A stretch of 64,000 nucleotides of DNA. Origin: an uncultured Pelagibacteraceae bacterium. Its GTDB lineage: Bacteria > Pseudomonadota > Alphaproteobacteria > Pelagibacterales > Pelagibacteraceae. The notes beneath the pieces were generated by a model. The model was given only the letters and a program-made list of their open reading frames with translations. It ran no database searches and had not been told where the DNA came from. The stretch lies in assembly GCA_902519465.1 (NCBI GenBank), contig CABYJW010000003.1, positions 857 through 64,856 on the forward strand, given 5' to 3'. The position numbers were made by a program, and so were the translations under genes. Positions 41,002-52,322 of the stretch are shown here, piece after piece; positions within the stretch are counted from its first letter, which is position 1; each line of letters begins with the position of its first letter.

Positions 41002-42957
41002 TTAGCTAAAGTTTAGTGGATCAACATCAACTGTAAGTTTTATTTTTTTCGAAACTTTAAGTAATTTTAAAATTTGGCTAATTTGTTTTTGGGGAAATAA
41101 GTTTATTGGTGATCTTAACAACAATCTTGTTCGGTAATTATTTTTAATTTTAAATATTGGTGAAGTTACAGGGCCCATTACATCAATATTTTGTATTGAT
41201 GACAAAATTTTTTTAATTTTTTTTGCTTCAATTAAACCATCTCTCTCATTTTTTGATGAGACGATAAAAGCGATCAATCTTGCAAATGGTGGAAGGTTTT
41301 TTTTCTTTCTTAATAAAAATTCTTCTTCGAGAAATTCATCTTGTTTATTTTGAAGTATATTTTTTAACGTTTCATCTCTGGGATTGAATGTTTGATAAAT
41401 TATAATTGAATCTTTACTAAACCTTCCTGCTCTTCCGCTAAGTTGGTTATAAAGTTGTATATTTTTTTCCGTGGATCTTAAATCAAATCCCATTCCTGAA
41501 AAATCTGCATCTACGACCACTATGCAATTCAAATTTGGAAAGTTAAAACCTTTTGAAATCAACTGAGTGCCCACCAAAATATTTACTTTATTTTTTTCAA
41601 TATCATTCAATAATTCGTAAGTTTCTTTTTTTTTAGTTAGAAAATCACTAGATAAAATCTTAATTTTTTTTTGAGGGAAAATTTGTTTTAACTCAGAAAA
41701 AATCTTTTCTACTCCAGGCCCATACATTTGAAAATCACAAGCTGTATCAAAATTTTTACATTTATTTTTAATTTGAGTTTTATGACCACAATGATGGCAC
41801 AATGCCTTATTTAAATATTTATGAAATGTTAAAAATATTGAGCAGTTGGGACATTCAAGTTTATAACCGCAAACTTTACAAATCATGAATGGTGCATATC
41901 CTCTTCTGTTTAGGAAAAATAGAACTTGATCTCCTTTATCTAAATATTTTTTCACTAAATTTAATGTTTTGATATCTAACCAAATATTCTTACTTTTTTT
42001 TGTTAAGTTGAGATTTATAATTTCTGCATTAGGAAGAGAAAAATCTTTATATCTTTTATTCAATTTAGTTATATTATATTTTTTGCTTTTAACATTTTTG
42101 TAAGTTTCTAGAGATGGAATTGAAGTAGAAAGAATTACTGGAACATTCTCGAAGGATCCACGTGAAATAGCCATGTCTCTGGCATTGTATCTTATACCTT
42201 CGTCTTGCTTATATGAGTTGTCATGTTCTTCATCTACAACTATCAAATCAAGATTTTTAAAAGGTAAAAATAAAGATGATCTTGCTCCAACTACTAATCC
42301 TATTTTCCCATTATTTATATTTTGCCAAATAATTCTTTTATTTTTTTTTGTAATTTTAGAATGCCAAATAGAGGGTTTAAAACCAAAATAATCTTCAAAT
42401 CTTTTGTTAAATTGATTCGTTAAGAAAATTTCTGGTAACAAAACTAAAACTTGTTTATTTTTTTTTAAACTTTCTTTTATTCTTTCAAAATAAACTAAAG
42501 TTTTTCCAGATCCAGTAATACCTTGCAACAAAGTAACACTAAAGTTATTTCCAAAATTTTGAATGTCTTTTAAACATTTTTTTTGGTCGTCATTTAATTC
42601 AAATCTAATTTTTTCGTTACTAATATATTGAAGTTTGAAATCAGATTTCTTAGATGACAACAAGTCATTTCCTAAAAACATTTTTAAAACCATTCCTTTT
42701 GGAACTAAATTGTAAATAGAAAACCAGTTAATAAAGTTAATTAATTTATCACTAAATGAAAATGGTTTAATTTCTAAAATAGTTTTTAGCTGAAAATTTT
42801 TTTTAGTTTCCTCTGCTTTATCCCATACAACTCCTATTTCCTTTTCCCTGCCAAAGGGAACTTGAACAATAGAACCCGCTTTCAATTTTCCAAACTTTCC
42901 AGATAAATAAGTATGGGGATGGTCAAATATTCTTGGAATTAGAACTGGTACTTTCAT
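41002..42957 (-). CDS. priA: primosomal replication restart helicase PriA
   Basis: 651 aa with GITGSGKT, VDEEHD and a Cys-rich zinc-binding insertion CKVCGYKLECPNC...CHHCG. Confidence 0.88.
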   Translation of the reverse strand: MKVPVLIPRIFDHPHTYLSGKFGKLKAGSIVQVPFGREKEIGVVWDKAEETKKNFQLKTILEIKPFSFSDKLINFINWFSIYNLVPKGMVLKMFLGNDLLSSKKSDFKLQYISNEKIRFELNDDQKKCLKDIQNFGNNFSVTLLQGITGSGKTLVYFERIKESLKKNKQVLVLLPEIFLTNQFNKRFEDYFGFKPSIWHSKITKKNKRIIWQNINNGKIGLVVGARSSLFLPFKNLDLIVVDEEHDNSYKQDEGIRYNARDMAISRGSFENVPVILSTSIPSLETYKNVKSKKYNITKLNKRYKDFSLPNAEIINLNLTKKSKNIWLDIKTLNLVKKYLDKGDQVLFFLNRRGYAPFMICKVCGYKLECPNCSIFLTFHKYLNKALCHHCGHKTQIKNKCKNFDTACDFQMYGPGVEKIFSELKQIFPQKKIKILSSDFLTKKKETYELLNDIEKNKVNILVGTQLISKGFNFPNLNCIVVVDADFSGMGFDLRSTEKNIQLYNQLSGRAGRFSKDSIIIYQTFNPRDETLKNILQNKQDEFLEEEFLLRKKKNLPPFARLIAFIVSSKNERDGLIEAKKIKKILSSIQNIDVMGPVTSPIFKIKNNYRTRLLLRSPINLFPQKQISQILKLLKVSKKIKLTVDVDPLNFS

Positions 42958-42968
42958 GAATTAGTTAC

Positions 42969-44372
42969 TTAAAAATGAATAGGTCTCTTATCAACTGCCA
43001 GAGCTGCTTCTTTAATTGCTTCAGTATGAGTTGGATGAGCATGACAAGTTCTAGCTATATCCTCTGAACTTGCACCAAATTCCATAGCTAAAGCCATTTC
43101 AGCAATCATATCACCACAATGAGGTCCAATTATATGAACACCTAAAACCTTATCTGTTTTTGCATCGGCCAAAATTTTTACGAATCCTTCCGACTCATTG
43201 TTAACTTTGGCTCTTGAATTAGCAAGAAATGGGAATTTGCCAACTTTGTAATTTATATTTAAATCTTTGAGATCTTCCTCAGTTTTTCCTACAGTTGCAA
43301 CTTCAGGAGAGGTATATATTACACCTGGAACAACGTCGTAATTCACATGACCAGATTGCCCAGCTAAAATTTCAGCGACTGCTATTCCTTCTTCCTCTGC
43401 TTTGTGAGCTAGCATCGGTCCTTTAATAACATCGCCTATTGCAAAAATATTTTCTAATGAAGTTTGAAAATTTTTATTTACTTCTATTCTTCCTGCCTGG
43501 TCTTTTTTTATACCTAATTTTGTTAAATTTAAGCCCTCTGTGTAGGGTTTTCTCCCAACTGAAACTAAAACCTTATCACATTCTAAACTAGATTTTTTAT
43601 TTGTTTTATTATCAATAAAATCAACTAGGACTTTGTCATTTTTATTTTTTACAGATGTAACTTTGTTTTCTAATAAAAATTTAATTCCTTGCTTTGTTAA
43701 AATTTTCTGAAATTCCTTAGAAATTTCTTTATCCATCCCAGGTGTTATATGATCTAAATATTCGATTACGGTAACCTTTGAACCGAGTCTCGACCAAACT
43801 GAACCCATTTCCAGACCAATATAACCACCGCCAATTATCACTAAATTTGTTGGTACTTTCTCCAATGAAAGTGCACCAGTAGATGATATTATATTTTTTT
43901 CATCTATATTTATACCAGAAAGAGAAACGGAAGATGAGCCGGTAGCAATAACAATATTTTGAGATTTGTAAGATGTTTTTTTTCCGTCTTGATAAACTAC
44001 TACATCATTTTTTGAAAACAGGACTCCTTTCCCCTTTATATAGGTTACTTTATTTTTTTTGAATAAGAATTCAACGCCCTTAGTTAAAATTTGGACGGAT
44101 TTACTTTTATTTATCATCATTTTATTAAGATTTAATTTAACATCTCCTGTTTCTATACCAATGTTATTAAAATGATTTTTTGCTTTTGAAAAAAGCTCTG
44201 AAGAATTAAGTAAACTCTTGGAGGGAATACATCCAACATTCAAACAAGTTCCACCTAATGTTCCCCTAGACTCGACACACGCAGTTTTTAGACCTAACTG
44301 AGCAGCCCTGATTGCACACACATATCCGCCGGGCCCACCACCTATTACTATTAAATCAAAATTTTTTTCCAT
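42969..44372 (-). CDS. lpdA: dihydrolipoyl dehydrogenase (E3)
   Basis: 467 aa with GGGPGGY, the redox-active disulfide GGTCLNVGCIPSK and C-terminal HAHPT. Confidence 0.93.
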   Translation of the reverse strand: MEKNFDLIVIGGGPGGYVCAIRAAQLGLKTACVESRGTLGGTCLNVGCIPSKSLLNSSELFSKAKNHFNNIGIETGDVKLNLNKMMINKSKSVQILTKGVEFLFKKNKVTYIKGKGVLFSKNDVVVYQDGKKTSYKSQNIVIATGSSSVSLSGINIDEKNIISSTGALSLEKVPTNLVIIGGGYIGLEMGSVWSRLGSKVTVIEYLDHITPGMDKEISKEFQKILTKQGIKFLLENKVTSVKNKNDKVLVDFIDNKTNKKSSLECDKVLVSVGRKPYTEGLNLTKLGIKKDQAGRIEVNKNFQTSLENIFAIGDVIKGPMLAHKAEEEGIAVAEILAGQSGHVNYDVVPGVIYTSPEVATVGKTEEDLKDLNINYKVGKFPFLANSRAKVNNESEGFVKILADAKTDKVLGVHIIGPHCGDMIAEMALAMEFGASSEDIARTCHAHPTHTEAIKEAALAVDKRPIHF

Positions 44373-44375
44373 TTC

Positions 44376-45701
44376 TTAAACGTTTAAAAAAAGTCTTTTT
44401 GGTTCTTCTAAAAAGTCCTTGATATTTTTTAAAAATGATACTGCCTCTTTGCCATCAACAATTCTATGGTCATAGGATAATGCTAAATACATCATTGGGC
44501 GAATTTTTATTTCACCATTTATCACAACTGCTCGATCAATTATATTATGCATACCTAATACTCCTGACTGAGGTGGATTGAGTATTGGAGTAGAAAGCAT
44601 TGATCCGTAAATACCTCCGTTAGTTATTGTAAAAGTGCCTCCTTGTAAATCATTTATTGTTAATTTGCCATTTCTGGCTTTCTCACCAATATTAGCAATA
44701 TTTTTTTCAATATCAGCAAAAGACATTTCATCAGGATTTCTTAAAACTGGAACAACTAGACCTTTTTCAGTACCAACTGCAAAACTTATATTATAATAAT
44801 TTTTATAAACAATTTCCTCATTCTGAATTTCAGCATTTATAGCTGGGTAATTTTTTAAGGCAGCAATACTAGCTTTAACGAAAAATGACATGAAACCTAA
44901 TTTTACTGAATATTTTTTTTTAAACTCTTCTTGATAATTTTTTCTTATTTCCATTATATTATGCATATCAACTTCGTTAAAAGTTGTAAGCATTGCAGCA
45001 TTATTTTGGGCTTCTTTTAATCTTTTTGCTATTGTTAATCTTAATCTTGTCATTTTAATTCTTTCCTCTGGGCCATCTTTTGTCTTTTTTAAATTTGGAG
45101 CAGGCTTAGTGCCCATTAGATTAATCAAATCTTCTTTTAAAACCATGCCTCTTCTTCCAGAGCCTTCGACTTGGTCTAAGCTAATATTTTTGTCTTGGGC
45201 TATTTTTCTGGCAGATGGTGAGGCTGTTTTTACTTTTGTTTTTTTTATTTTTTCAGTTTTATGTTCTTGATCTAAAATTAATGGAGCTTCCTCTTTTTCT
45301 GCCTCGTTTAAAATAAGTGTTTCCTTGCCATTAGAGATTGGTTTATTTATTTCGAATACTTCCTCATTTTTTTTCGGTTCTTCATCATAAATAGGAGTAC
45401 TTTTTTCTTTTTTTGGAGGTGGTGTATATTTTTTTTCTTTTTTATCTGTAACTGGTTTTGTGTCATTAGCTCCCACACTTCCTAAAAGGGTACCGACTTC
45501 AACGGTTGTTCCCTCTTTTACTGAGATTTTTTCTAAAATTCCATCAGAGGGTGATGGAACTTCAACATTAACCTTGTCAGTTTCTAGTTCTACTAATGGC
45601 TCATCTGAATTTACCTCTTCTCCAACAGTTTTAAGCCACTTTGATACTGTGGCCTCTGTAACTGATTCTCCTAAAGCTGGAACTATTATTTTTTCTGACA
45701 T
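44376..45701 (-). CDS. sucB: dihydrolipoamide succinyltransferase (OGDH E2)
   Basis: 441 aa with a single lipoyl domain ([12 protein letters not shown]) and a catalytic domain with SYDHRIVDG. Confidence 0.93.
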   Translation of the reverse strand: MSEKIIVPALGESVTEATVSKWLKTVGEEVNSDEPLVELETDKVNVEVPSPSDGILEKISVKEGTTVEVGTLLGSVGANDTKPVTDKKEKKYTPPPKKEKSTPIYDEEPKKNEEVFEINKPISNGKETLILNEAEKEEAPLILDQEHKTEKIKKTKVKTASPSARKIAQDKNISLDQVEGSGRRGMVLKEDLINLMGTKPAPNLKKTKDGPEERIKMTRLRLTIAKRLKEAQNNAAMLTTFNEVDMHNIMEIRKNYQEEFKKKYSVKLGFMSFFVKASIAALKNYPAINAEIQNEEIVYKNYYNISFAVGTEKGLVVPVLRNPDEMSFADIEKNIANIGEKARNGKLTINDLQGGTFTITNGGIYGSMLSTPILNPPQSGVLGMHNIIDRAVVINGEIKIRPMMYLALSYDHRIVDGKEAVSFLKNIKDFLEEPKRLFLNV

Positions 45702-48599
45702 CTAGTTGTTTATTACCTTTTCTAATATTTCTTTTTGTTCTGCAAGATGTTTATTTAAATTTCCTGTGGCAGGTGATGCTGCAGCATTTCGTCCAACATA
45801 TTTGACCTTTTCTCCTTTTACTTGAATGATATCTAAAGTTCTATCAATATAGTGTCGCGCTGTATTCCATGCACCCATATTTTTTGGCTCTTCTTGACAC
45901 CAAAAAAATTTTGCATTTTTATATCTTTTAAGCTGCTTTCCAACCTGTTTTACAGGAAAAGGGTATAGCTGTTCAATTCTTAAGAACGCTACGCTATCAT
46001 TTTTTATCTTTTCTCTTTGCTCTATAAGATCATAATAAATTTTGCCTGAACACATAACGACTTTTTTTATTTTTTTATCTTTTTTTAGAGAAACAAGTTT
46101 GCTTCCTTTTAAATAAGCACTATCTTCTAAAATTCTATGAAATGTATTCTTTTTTGTAAAATCTTCTAGATTTGATAAACATCTTTTGTGCCTTAAGAGT
46201 GACTTAGGTGTCATGACTATAAGTGGTTTTCTAAAGTCTCTATGCATTTGTCTTCTAAGAACATGAAAATAGTTTGCTGGTGTTGTACAATTTACTACTT
46301 GTAAATTATCCTGGGCACATAACTGCAAAAACCTTTCTAATCTGCCTGAAGAATGTTCAGGACCTTGGCCTTCGTATCCATGGGGTAATAGCATCACAAG
46401 TCCACTTGCTCTTGACCACTTTGACTCTCCCGATGAAATAAATTGATCAATAACGACTTGTGCACCATTAACAAAATCTCCAAATTGTGCTTCCCAGAGC
46501 ACAAGCGTCTCAGGTTCAGATAGAGAGTAACCAAATTCAAAACCAAGAACACCTAATTCAGAAAGAAGACTGTCTATTACTTCAAAGTTTTTTTGTTTCT
46601 CCGACACATGTTGCAAGGGGATATATCTCTCATGACTATCCTGATTTCTTAGAACTGAATGTCTTTGACTAAAAGTTCCTCTTCCTGAGTCTTGCCCTGA
46701 TAATCTTACAGAGAATCCATCATTTAAAAGTGTTGCAAAGGCAAGTAATTCAGCTGTGGACCAATCAATCTGGTGATTTTGTGTGAACATTTTTTGCTTA
46801 TTTTCAAAAATTTTTATTAAAGTTTTATGAATATTAAAATTTTTTGGTAATTGTGTAATTTTTTTTCCAATTTCTATGAGGTTTTCTTTTTTTACTCCGG
46901 TCACACCTCTTCTGTCTTTGCCTATTTCTGGTTTAAAGCGTGACCATACTCCATCAAACCATTTCATTTTAACCTTGTAATCTTTTGCTCCAACAAATTC
47001 ATTATTTAAAAACTCTCTAAATTTTTTCTTGCTACTTTCAATTTCTGCTTTTGTAACTAACCCTTCTTTAATAAGTTTTTGACCATATATTTCTAAGGTA
47101 GAAGGATGATTTTTTATTTTTTTATACATCAATGGCTGAGTAAATGATGGTTCATCGCCTTCGTTATGGCCAAATCTTCTGTAGCAAACCATGTCAATAA
47201 CTACATCTCTATTAAATTTTTGTCTAAACTCAGTTGCAATTTTTGCGCAGTGCACAACCGCCTCTGGATCATCCCCGTTCACATGAAATATTGGTGCTTG
47301 AACCATTTTTGCTAAATCTGAGGGATAAGGAGATGATCTCGCGAACCGTGGTGCCGTTGTAAATCCAATTTGATTATTAACTATAATATGAATTGTTCCA
47401 CCGGTATTATGTCCTGGTAACCCGGACATAGCGAAACATTCTGCAACAACTCCTTGTCCGGCAAATGCCGCATCTCCGTGAATTAAAACTGGTATTACTT
47501 TTTTTCTTTCCTTATCTTTATGAAAAAATTGTTTTGCTCTAACTTGTCCAAGAACAACTGGATTTACAGCTTCTAAATGCGATGGGTTATCTGTTAAACT
47601 TATATGAACTAAGTTTCCATCAAATTCCCTATTTGCTGATGCTCCTAAATGATATTTTACATCTCCTTCAAAATCTTTTTTTGAGGTAATTTTTTCACCA
47701 AAAAATTCTTTAAAAATAGCTTTAAAAGGTTTTTGCATCATGTTGGCAAGCACGTTTAGTCTGCCTCTATGAGGCATTCCAATTTTGACTTCTTTAACTC
47801 CTAAATTACCTCCTCTTTTAATAATTTGTTCCAAGGCCGGAATTAATGACTCTGCGCCATCTAAGCCAAATCTTTTTGTACCAACAAATTTTACGTGTAA
47901 AAATTTTTCAAAACCCTCTGACTCGACTAATTTATTTAAAATTGCTTTCTTTCCATTTAATGTGAATTTGATTGACTTTTCTTTACCCTCAATTCTATCT
48001 CTTATCCATGTTCTTTCTTCAGGATCTGACATATGCATAAATTCGAATCCTATACTTCTACAGTAGGTTTCTTTTGCAATTGATAAAATTTCTTGTAAAG
48101 TTGCTGATTGTATACCAAGAACTCCATCTAAAAATATTTTTTTACTTAAATCTTTTTCTGAAAAACCATAACTTTCAGGTTTTAACTCCGAGTGTTTTTC
48201 TCTTTTTTGAAGACCAAGCGGGTCAAGGTTTGAGATTAAGTGTCCTCTAATTCTAAAAGCTCTCACAAGCATATTTGCTCTTACAGAATTTTTTGCTGCT
48301 TCTAATACATTGTCTTTATCAGGAAAAATTTCTAAATTTCCATTTTTATCCTTATTGACATCAAAATTATTTTCTAAATTATTTTTTATCTTTTTTTTTC
48401 TTGCCCAACTTGGACCATTTGCATTTTTTATAATTCCATCTTTTTCATCGTTCAGCCCTTCGAAAAATATCTTCCACTCGTTTGGTACTTTCTGAGGGTT
48501 ATTAAGATACTCTGCGTATAATTCTTGAATAAACTGGGAGCTGTTTGCTCCTAGAAATGATGTTTTTTCAAAAATGTTATTATTTTTTCCGTTGGCCAT
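45702..48599 (-). CDS. sucA: 2-oxoglutarate dehydrogenase E1
   Basis: 965 aa with typical SucA motifs (MPHRGRLNVL, HGDAAFAGQGVV, LLPHGYEGQGPEHSS). Confidence 0.95.
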   Translation of the reverse strand: MANGKNNNIFEKTSFLGANSSQFIQELYAEYLNNPQKVPNEWKIFFEGLNDEKDGIIKNANGPSWARKKKIKNNLENNFDVNKDKNGNLEIFPDKDNVLEAAKNSVRANMLVRAFRIRGHLISNLDPLGLQKREKHSELKPESYGFSEKDLSKKIFLDGVLGIQSATLQEILSIAKETYCRSIGFEFMHMSDPEERTWIRDRIEGKEKSIKFTLNGKKAILNKLVESEGFEKFLHVKFVGTKRFGLDGAESLIPALEQIIKRGGNLGVKEVKIGMPHRGRLNVLANMMQKPFKAIFKEFFGEKITSKKDFEGDVKYHLGASANREFDGNLVHISLTDNPSHLEAVNPVVLGQVRAKQFFHKDKERKKVIPVLIHGDAAFAGQGVVAECFAMSGLPGHNTGGTIHIIVNNQIGFTTAPRFARSSPYPSDLAKMVQAPIFHVNGDDPEAVVHCAKIATEFRQKFNRDVVIDMVCYRRFGHNEGDEPSFTQPLMYKKIKNHPSTLEIYGQKLIKEGLVTKAEIESSKKKFREFLNNEFVGAKDYKVKMKWFDGVWSRFKPEIGKDRRGVTGVKKENLIEIGKKITQLPKNFNIHKTLIKIFENKQKMFTQNHQIDWSTAELLAFATLLNDGFSVRLSGQDSGRGTFSQRHSVLRNQDSHERYIPLQHVSEKQKNFEVIDSLLSELGVLGFEFGYSLSEPETLVLWEAQFGDFVNGAQVVIDQFISSGESKWSRASGLVMLLPHGYEGQGPEHSSGRLERFLQLCAQDNLQVVNCTTPANYFHVLRRQMHRDFRKPLIVMTPKSLLRHKRCLSNLEDFTKKNTFHRILEDSAYLKGSKLVSLKKDKKIKKVVMCSGKIYYDLIEQREKIKNDSVAFLRIEQLYPFPVKQVGKQLKRYKNAKFFWCQEEPKNMGAWNTARHYIDRTLDIIQVKGEKVKYVGRNAAASPATGNLNKHLAEQKEILEKVINN

Positions 48600-48635
48600 A
48601 TTTATTAATAATTATAATAACACAAAAAAAGAATT

Positions 48636-49511
48636 TTAATTATTAAGTTTTTCGTAAATAGTTTTTCCGATATCAGCTGGAGATTTTGATATCGTAATAT
48701 CTGCTGATTTCATAACCTCTATTTTGTCCTCTGCGCCCCCTTTACCACCTGATATTATTGCGCCAGCATGTCCCATTCTTCTGCCTGGAGGGGCTGTCAA
48801 TCCAGCTATAAAACCAACTGTAGGTTTTTTTAACTTTGACTTTTTAAGAAATTCCGCAGCTTCTTCCTCTGCTGAACCGCCAATTTCTCCAATCATAACA
48901 ATTGAGTGAGTATCTTTATCCTTTAAAAAAAGATCTAGACAGTCAATAAAGTTTGTTCCATTGATAGGATCTCCTCCAATACCAATACAGGTTGATTGCC
49001 CCAAACCGTTTTCAGTTGTTTGAGCTACCGCCTCATAAGTTAATGTGCCTGATCTTGAAACAATACCTACAGAACCTTTCTTATGAATCGAGCCTGGCAT
49101 TATTCCAATCTTACATTCTTCTGGTGTAATTATACCTGGGCAGTTTGGCCCAATAAGTCTACTTTTGCTATTTATAATTTTTTTTTTTACTTTCATCATA
49201 TCAAAAATTGGTATTCCCTCGGTTATACAAACAATTAAATCTATTTCTGCATCAATTGCTTCAATAATTGCTGCAGCCGCAAACTTTGGAGGTACATAAA
49301 TCATTGTGGCATTTGCTGATGTATATTCTTTTGCCTCAGCTACAGTATTAAAGACTGGAAGCCCAAGATGCTTGGTCCCACCTTTTTTAGGTGTAACACC
49401 ACCAACCAGTTCGGTCCCATATTTTAAAGCCTGTTCCGAGTGAAAGGTGCCGTGCTTTCCAGTGAAACCCTGGCAAATAACTTTTGTGTTTTTATCAACT
49501 AAAACTGACAT
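48636..49511 (-). CDS. sucD: succinyl-CoA synthetase alpha subunit
   Basis: 291 aa with [19 protein letters not shown] and GHAGAII (phosphohistidine loop). Confidence 0.96.
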   Translation of the reverse strand: MSVLVDKNTKVICQGFTGKHGTFHSEQALKYGTELVGGVTPKKGGTKHLGLPVFNTVAEAKEYTSANATMIYVPPKFAAAAIIEAIDAEIDLIVCITEGIPIFDMMKVKKKIINSKSRLIGPNCPGIITPEECKIGIMPGSIHKKGSVGIVSRSGTLTYEAVAQTTENGLGQSTCIGIGGDPINGTNFIDCLDLFLKDKDTHSIVMIGEIGGSAEEEAAEFLKKSKLKKPTVGFIAGLTAPPGRRMGHAGAIISGGKGGAEDKIEVMKSADITISKSPADIGKTIYEKLNN

Positions 49512-50669
49512 TTATTTTATTGCGTTTACAATTTTTTTCGCTGCATCATTTAAATCTGATGCAGATAAAATTTTAAGTTCTGATTTATCTAAAATTTCTT
49601 TACCTTTTTCAAAATTTGTCCCTGCTAACCTAACAACTAGTGGCACTTTAATATTGATCTCCTTTGCGGCTTCTACAACACCTTGAGCGAGTACATCGCA
49701 TTGCATTATACCTCCAAAAATATTTATTAAAATTCCTTTAACTTTTTTGTCAGATAGAATTAATTTGAAAGCAGCGGAAACTTGTTCCTTAGTAGCACCT
49801 CCACCTACATCAAGAAAATTTGCAGGTTCCTCGCCATATAATTTTATTATGTCCATAGTTGACATTGCGAGACCGGCCCCATTAACCATACATCCGATAG
49901 ACCCGTTTAATTTTATATATGCCAAACCAAATTTACTTGCTTCTATTTCTGCTGGCTCTTCCTCATTGAGATCTCTTAGTTTTAAAATTTCAGCTCTGCG
50001 ATACATTGCATTGTCATCAAAATTCATTTTAGCATCTAAACAGATTAGTTTTTTTTGTTTTGTAATAACAAGTGGATTGATTTCAATTAGTGAAGCATCT
50101 TTTGAAATTAAGATATTAAATAATGCATTAACTAAATTTTCAGCATCTTTTTTTTGATGTTTATCGAAAGAAAATATTTTAATAATTTTTTGAATATCTT
50201 CATCACTTAAATTATCTTTTAAATCTACTTTTGTAGTTAAAATTTTTTTAGGATTATTTTTTGCTACAGATTCAATATCTACACCACCTTCAGTACTACT
50301 GATAAAAGCTATTTTTGAACTTTCTCTATCAACTAGGCATGATAAATAAAATTCTTTTTCAATATCGTATGCTTCTTGTATATAGATTCTTTTAACTTTC
50401 TTTCCTTCGGGCCCAGTTTGGTGGGTAACAAGAACTTTTCCGAACATTTTTTGAACTACGGAATTAACTTCTGATCTATCAACCAATTTTACACCTCCGG
50501 CTTTACCCCTTCCACCTGCATGGATTTGAGCTTTTACCACTAGCTTGTTAGATTTTAATTTATTTATTTTTTCATTTACCTCTTGAGGTTTAAAAATAAC
50601 AAAACCATTTGTAACAGGTGCCCCAAATTTTGATAATATTTCTTTTGCCTGATGTTCGTGAATATTCAT
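49512..50669 (-). CDS. sucC: succinyl-CoA synthetase beta subunit
   Basis: 385 aa with MNIHEHQAKEIL and an ATP-grasp fold, CMVNGAGLAM. Confidence 0.96.
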   Translation of the reverse strand: MNIHEHQAKEILSKFGAPVTNGFVIFKPQEVNEKINKLKSNKLVVKAQIHAGGRGKAGGVKLVDRSEVNSVVQKMFGKVLVTHQTGPEGKKVKRIYIQEAYDIEKEFYLSCLVDRESSKIAFISSTEGGVDIESVAKNNPKKILTTKVDLKDNLSDEDIQKIIKIFSFDKHQKKDAENLVNALFNILISKDASLIEINPLVITKQKKLICLDAKMNFDDNAMYRRAEILKLRDLNEEEPAEIEASKFGLAYIKLNGSIGCMVNGAGLAMSTMDIIKLYGEEPANFLDVGGGATKEQVSAAFKLILSDKKVKGILINIFGGIMQCDVLAQGVVEAAKEINIKVPLVVRLAGTNFEKGKEILDKSELKILSASDLNDAAKKIVNAIK

Positions 50670-50670
50670 A

Positions 50671-52248
50671 TTATTTTTTACATTTTATAATTTCATGTGA
50701 GGAAAATCTATTCTCTACAATTATTTTATTTTTAAAACACTTCTCAGTAAAGTAATTTTTAATATTATCAAAAGGTATTTCGTCTTTTTGACTAAGTAAG
50801 TAAATTACTTGGACCTCATTATCATCAATATTTTTATTTACCATATTTTGATAAAATTGAAAGTACTTGTGCGTCTCTGTTGGGTGGGTATCATTACCAA
50901 ACAAATACCATCTATTTAAAATGTTTAAATCTTCATCTAAAAGTGTTGAGATAAAATGATAATGAGTTATCAATGTTTTTCTTCTTTTGTCTTTTTTTAA
51001 ATAATCAATTGAGTTTTTTAAAAATAATAATTCCTCTTTTGGTTCATGATATGGAGTAATCCACTTAAGATTATTCATTTTACTATCTAAAATTCCAGCA
51101 TTTTGAATTTCTTTTTTATTAATTTTCTCTAAATCTAAAAATTTTCTTTCGATATTATATCTTAGGTGATATTTTGTGGTCACAAAACAAACTAATATAA
51201 TAATTAAAACTTTAAGGTATTTACTAAATTTCATCTTTTCAATATTGCAATGAAGAACAGATGATAAAATTGGTATTAAACTAAAAATATAAATTTGATT
51301 GGCTGTCACTAGTTGACTAAATAAAAATGCAAATGATGATAAAATAATAATTAGATTGTAAATACTAAGTTTATTTTGATTTTGGGTATAAAATTGCTTA
51401 ATTGTCAAACCTACAATTGAAAATAAAAATATATGTACGAATTTGAAATCGAGTACAAGCCCTTTGAATGAAATTTTATCTTTTAAACTAACATATGCTG
51501 TTGGGTCATTTAAAATTCTTTCGCTTCCAAGTGAAATAGGGAATAAAAAATATTGCAAAATGAAATTTTCTAGTGGAGTTTTAGATAAGAACAAATAAAA
51601 AAATAGAAAAAAAATACATCCAATACAACTTAAAATAAAATACTTTAAAGATTTATAATCTTTTTTACTAAAAAAATGGTAAAAAGAAAAAAAGCTTAAA
51701 ATCAGAATAATGTAGACGCTAGGTGTTTGCATTGAAAAAAACGCAAGAAAAAATAAGACAGGTAAAAAACACCACATTACTGGATTGTTTTTTTTTAATA
51801 AAATACAAATTAAAAAAATTGATATGAGTGAAAAAATATAAGAATGAAGATATGCAAAGGGCGTTCCTGAAACTGGGTAGCATAAAGTGGCAAAGCTTAT
51901 TACATAAAAAAAAGAATAAATTTTATTTAATTTTAATTCCTGCAAAAAAAAGTAAAAGGTTAAAGAGACAATAATATTTAAAATACAAGCGTGAAATACA
52001 TAACTTTTCCAAGTTTCGCCAAACAACCAAAAAAATAGTGCTTGGAAGTAATCAACGATAATACCGGTGAATATCCAGAAATCCCTAATAGGAAGTTTGT
52101 TTTTTAAAATATTAAAGCCTGTATCAAAAAAACCGAATGTATCTATTGGCATGACACCGAGATTTGCACTTATCCAGTTTACAAAAAATGCGTATATGAT
52201 TATTGACGGAATTATTATGTAATTGCCTTTGAATTTAACAAATTTCAT
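50671..52248 (-). CDS. polytopic membrane protein, possibly a GT-C-fold (ArnT/PMT-like) glycosyltransferase, with a C-terminal soluble domain
   Basis: 525 aa with about 11-13 hydrophobic helices over the first 370 aa. There is an acidic first-loop motif PIDTFGFFDTG and a hydrophilic 150-aa C-terminus. The function call is weak. The stop codon lies 1 nt from the sucC ATG. Confidence 0.5.
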   Translation of the reverse strand: MKFVKFKGNYIIIPSIIIYAFFVNWISANLGVMPIDTFGFFDTGFNILKNKLPIRDFWIFTGIIVDYFQALFFWLFGETWKSYVFHACILNIIVSLTFYFFLQELKLNKIYSFFYVISFATLCYPVSGTPFAYLHSYIFSLISIFLICILLKKNNPVMWCFLPVLFFLAFFSMQTPSVYIILILSFFSFYHFFSKKDYKSLKYFILSCIGCIFFLFFYLFLSKTPLENFILQYFLFPISLGSERILNDPTAYVSLKDKISFKGLVLDFKFVHIFLFSIVGLTIKQFYTQNQNKLSIYNLIIILSSFAFLFSQLVTANQIYIFSLIPILSSVLHCNIEKMKFSKYLKVLIIILVCFVTTKYHLRYNIERKFLDLEKINKKEIQNAGILDSKMNNLKWITPYHEPKEELLFLKNSIDYLKKDKRRKTLITHYHFISTLLDEDLNILNRWYLFGNDTHPTETHKYFQFYQNMVNKNIDDNEVQVIYLLSQKDEIPFDNIKNYFTEKCFKNKIIVENRFSSHEIIKCKK

Positions 52249-52322
52249 CTTTTTTTAATTTAATTTGATATTTCTTTTCTTGTAACATTAATTATTTTCC
52301 ATTTATATATTATTTATATCTA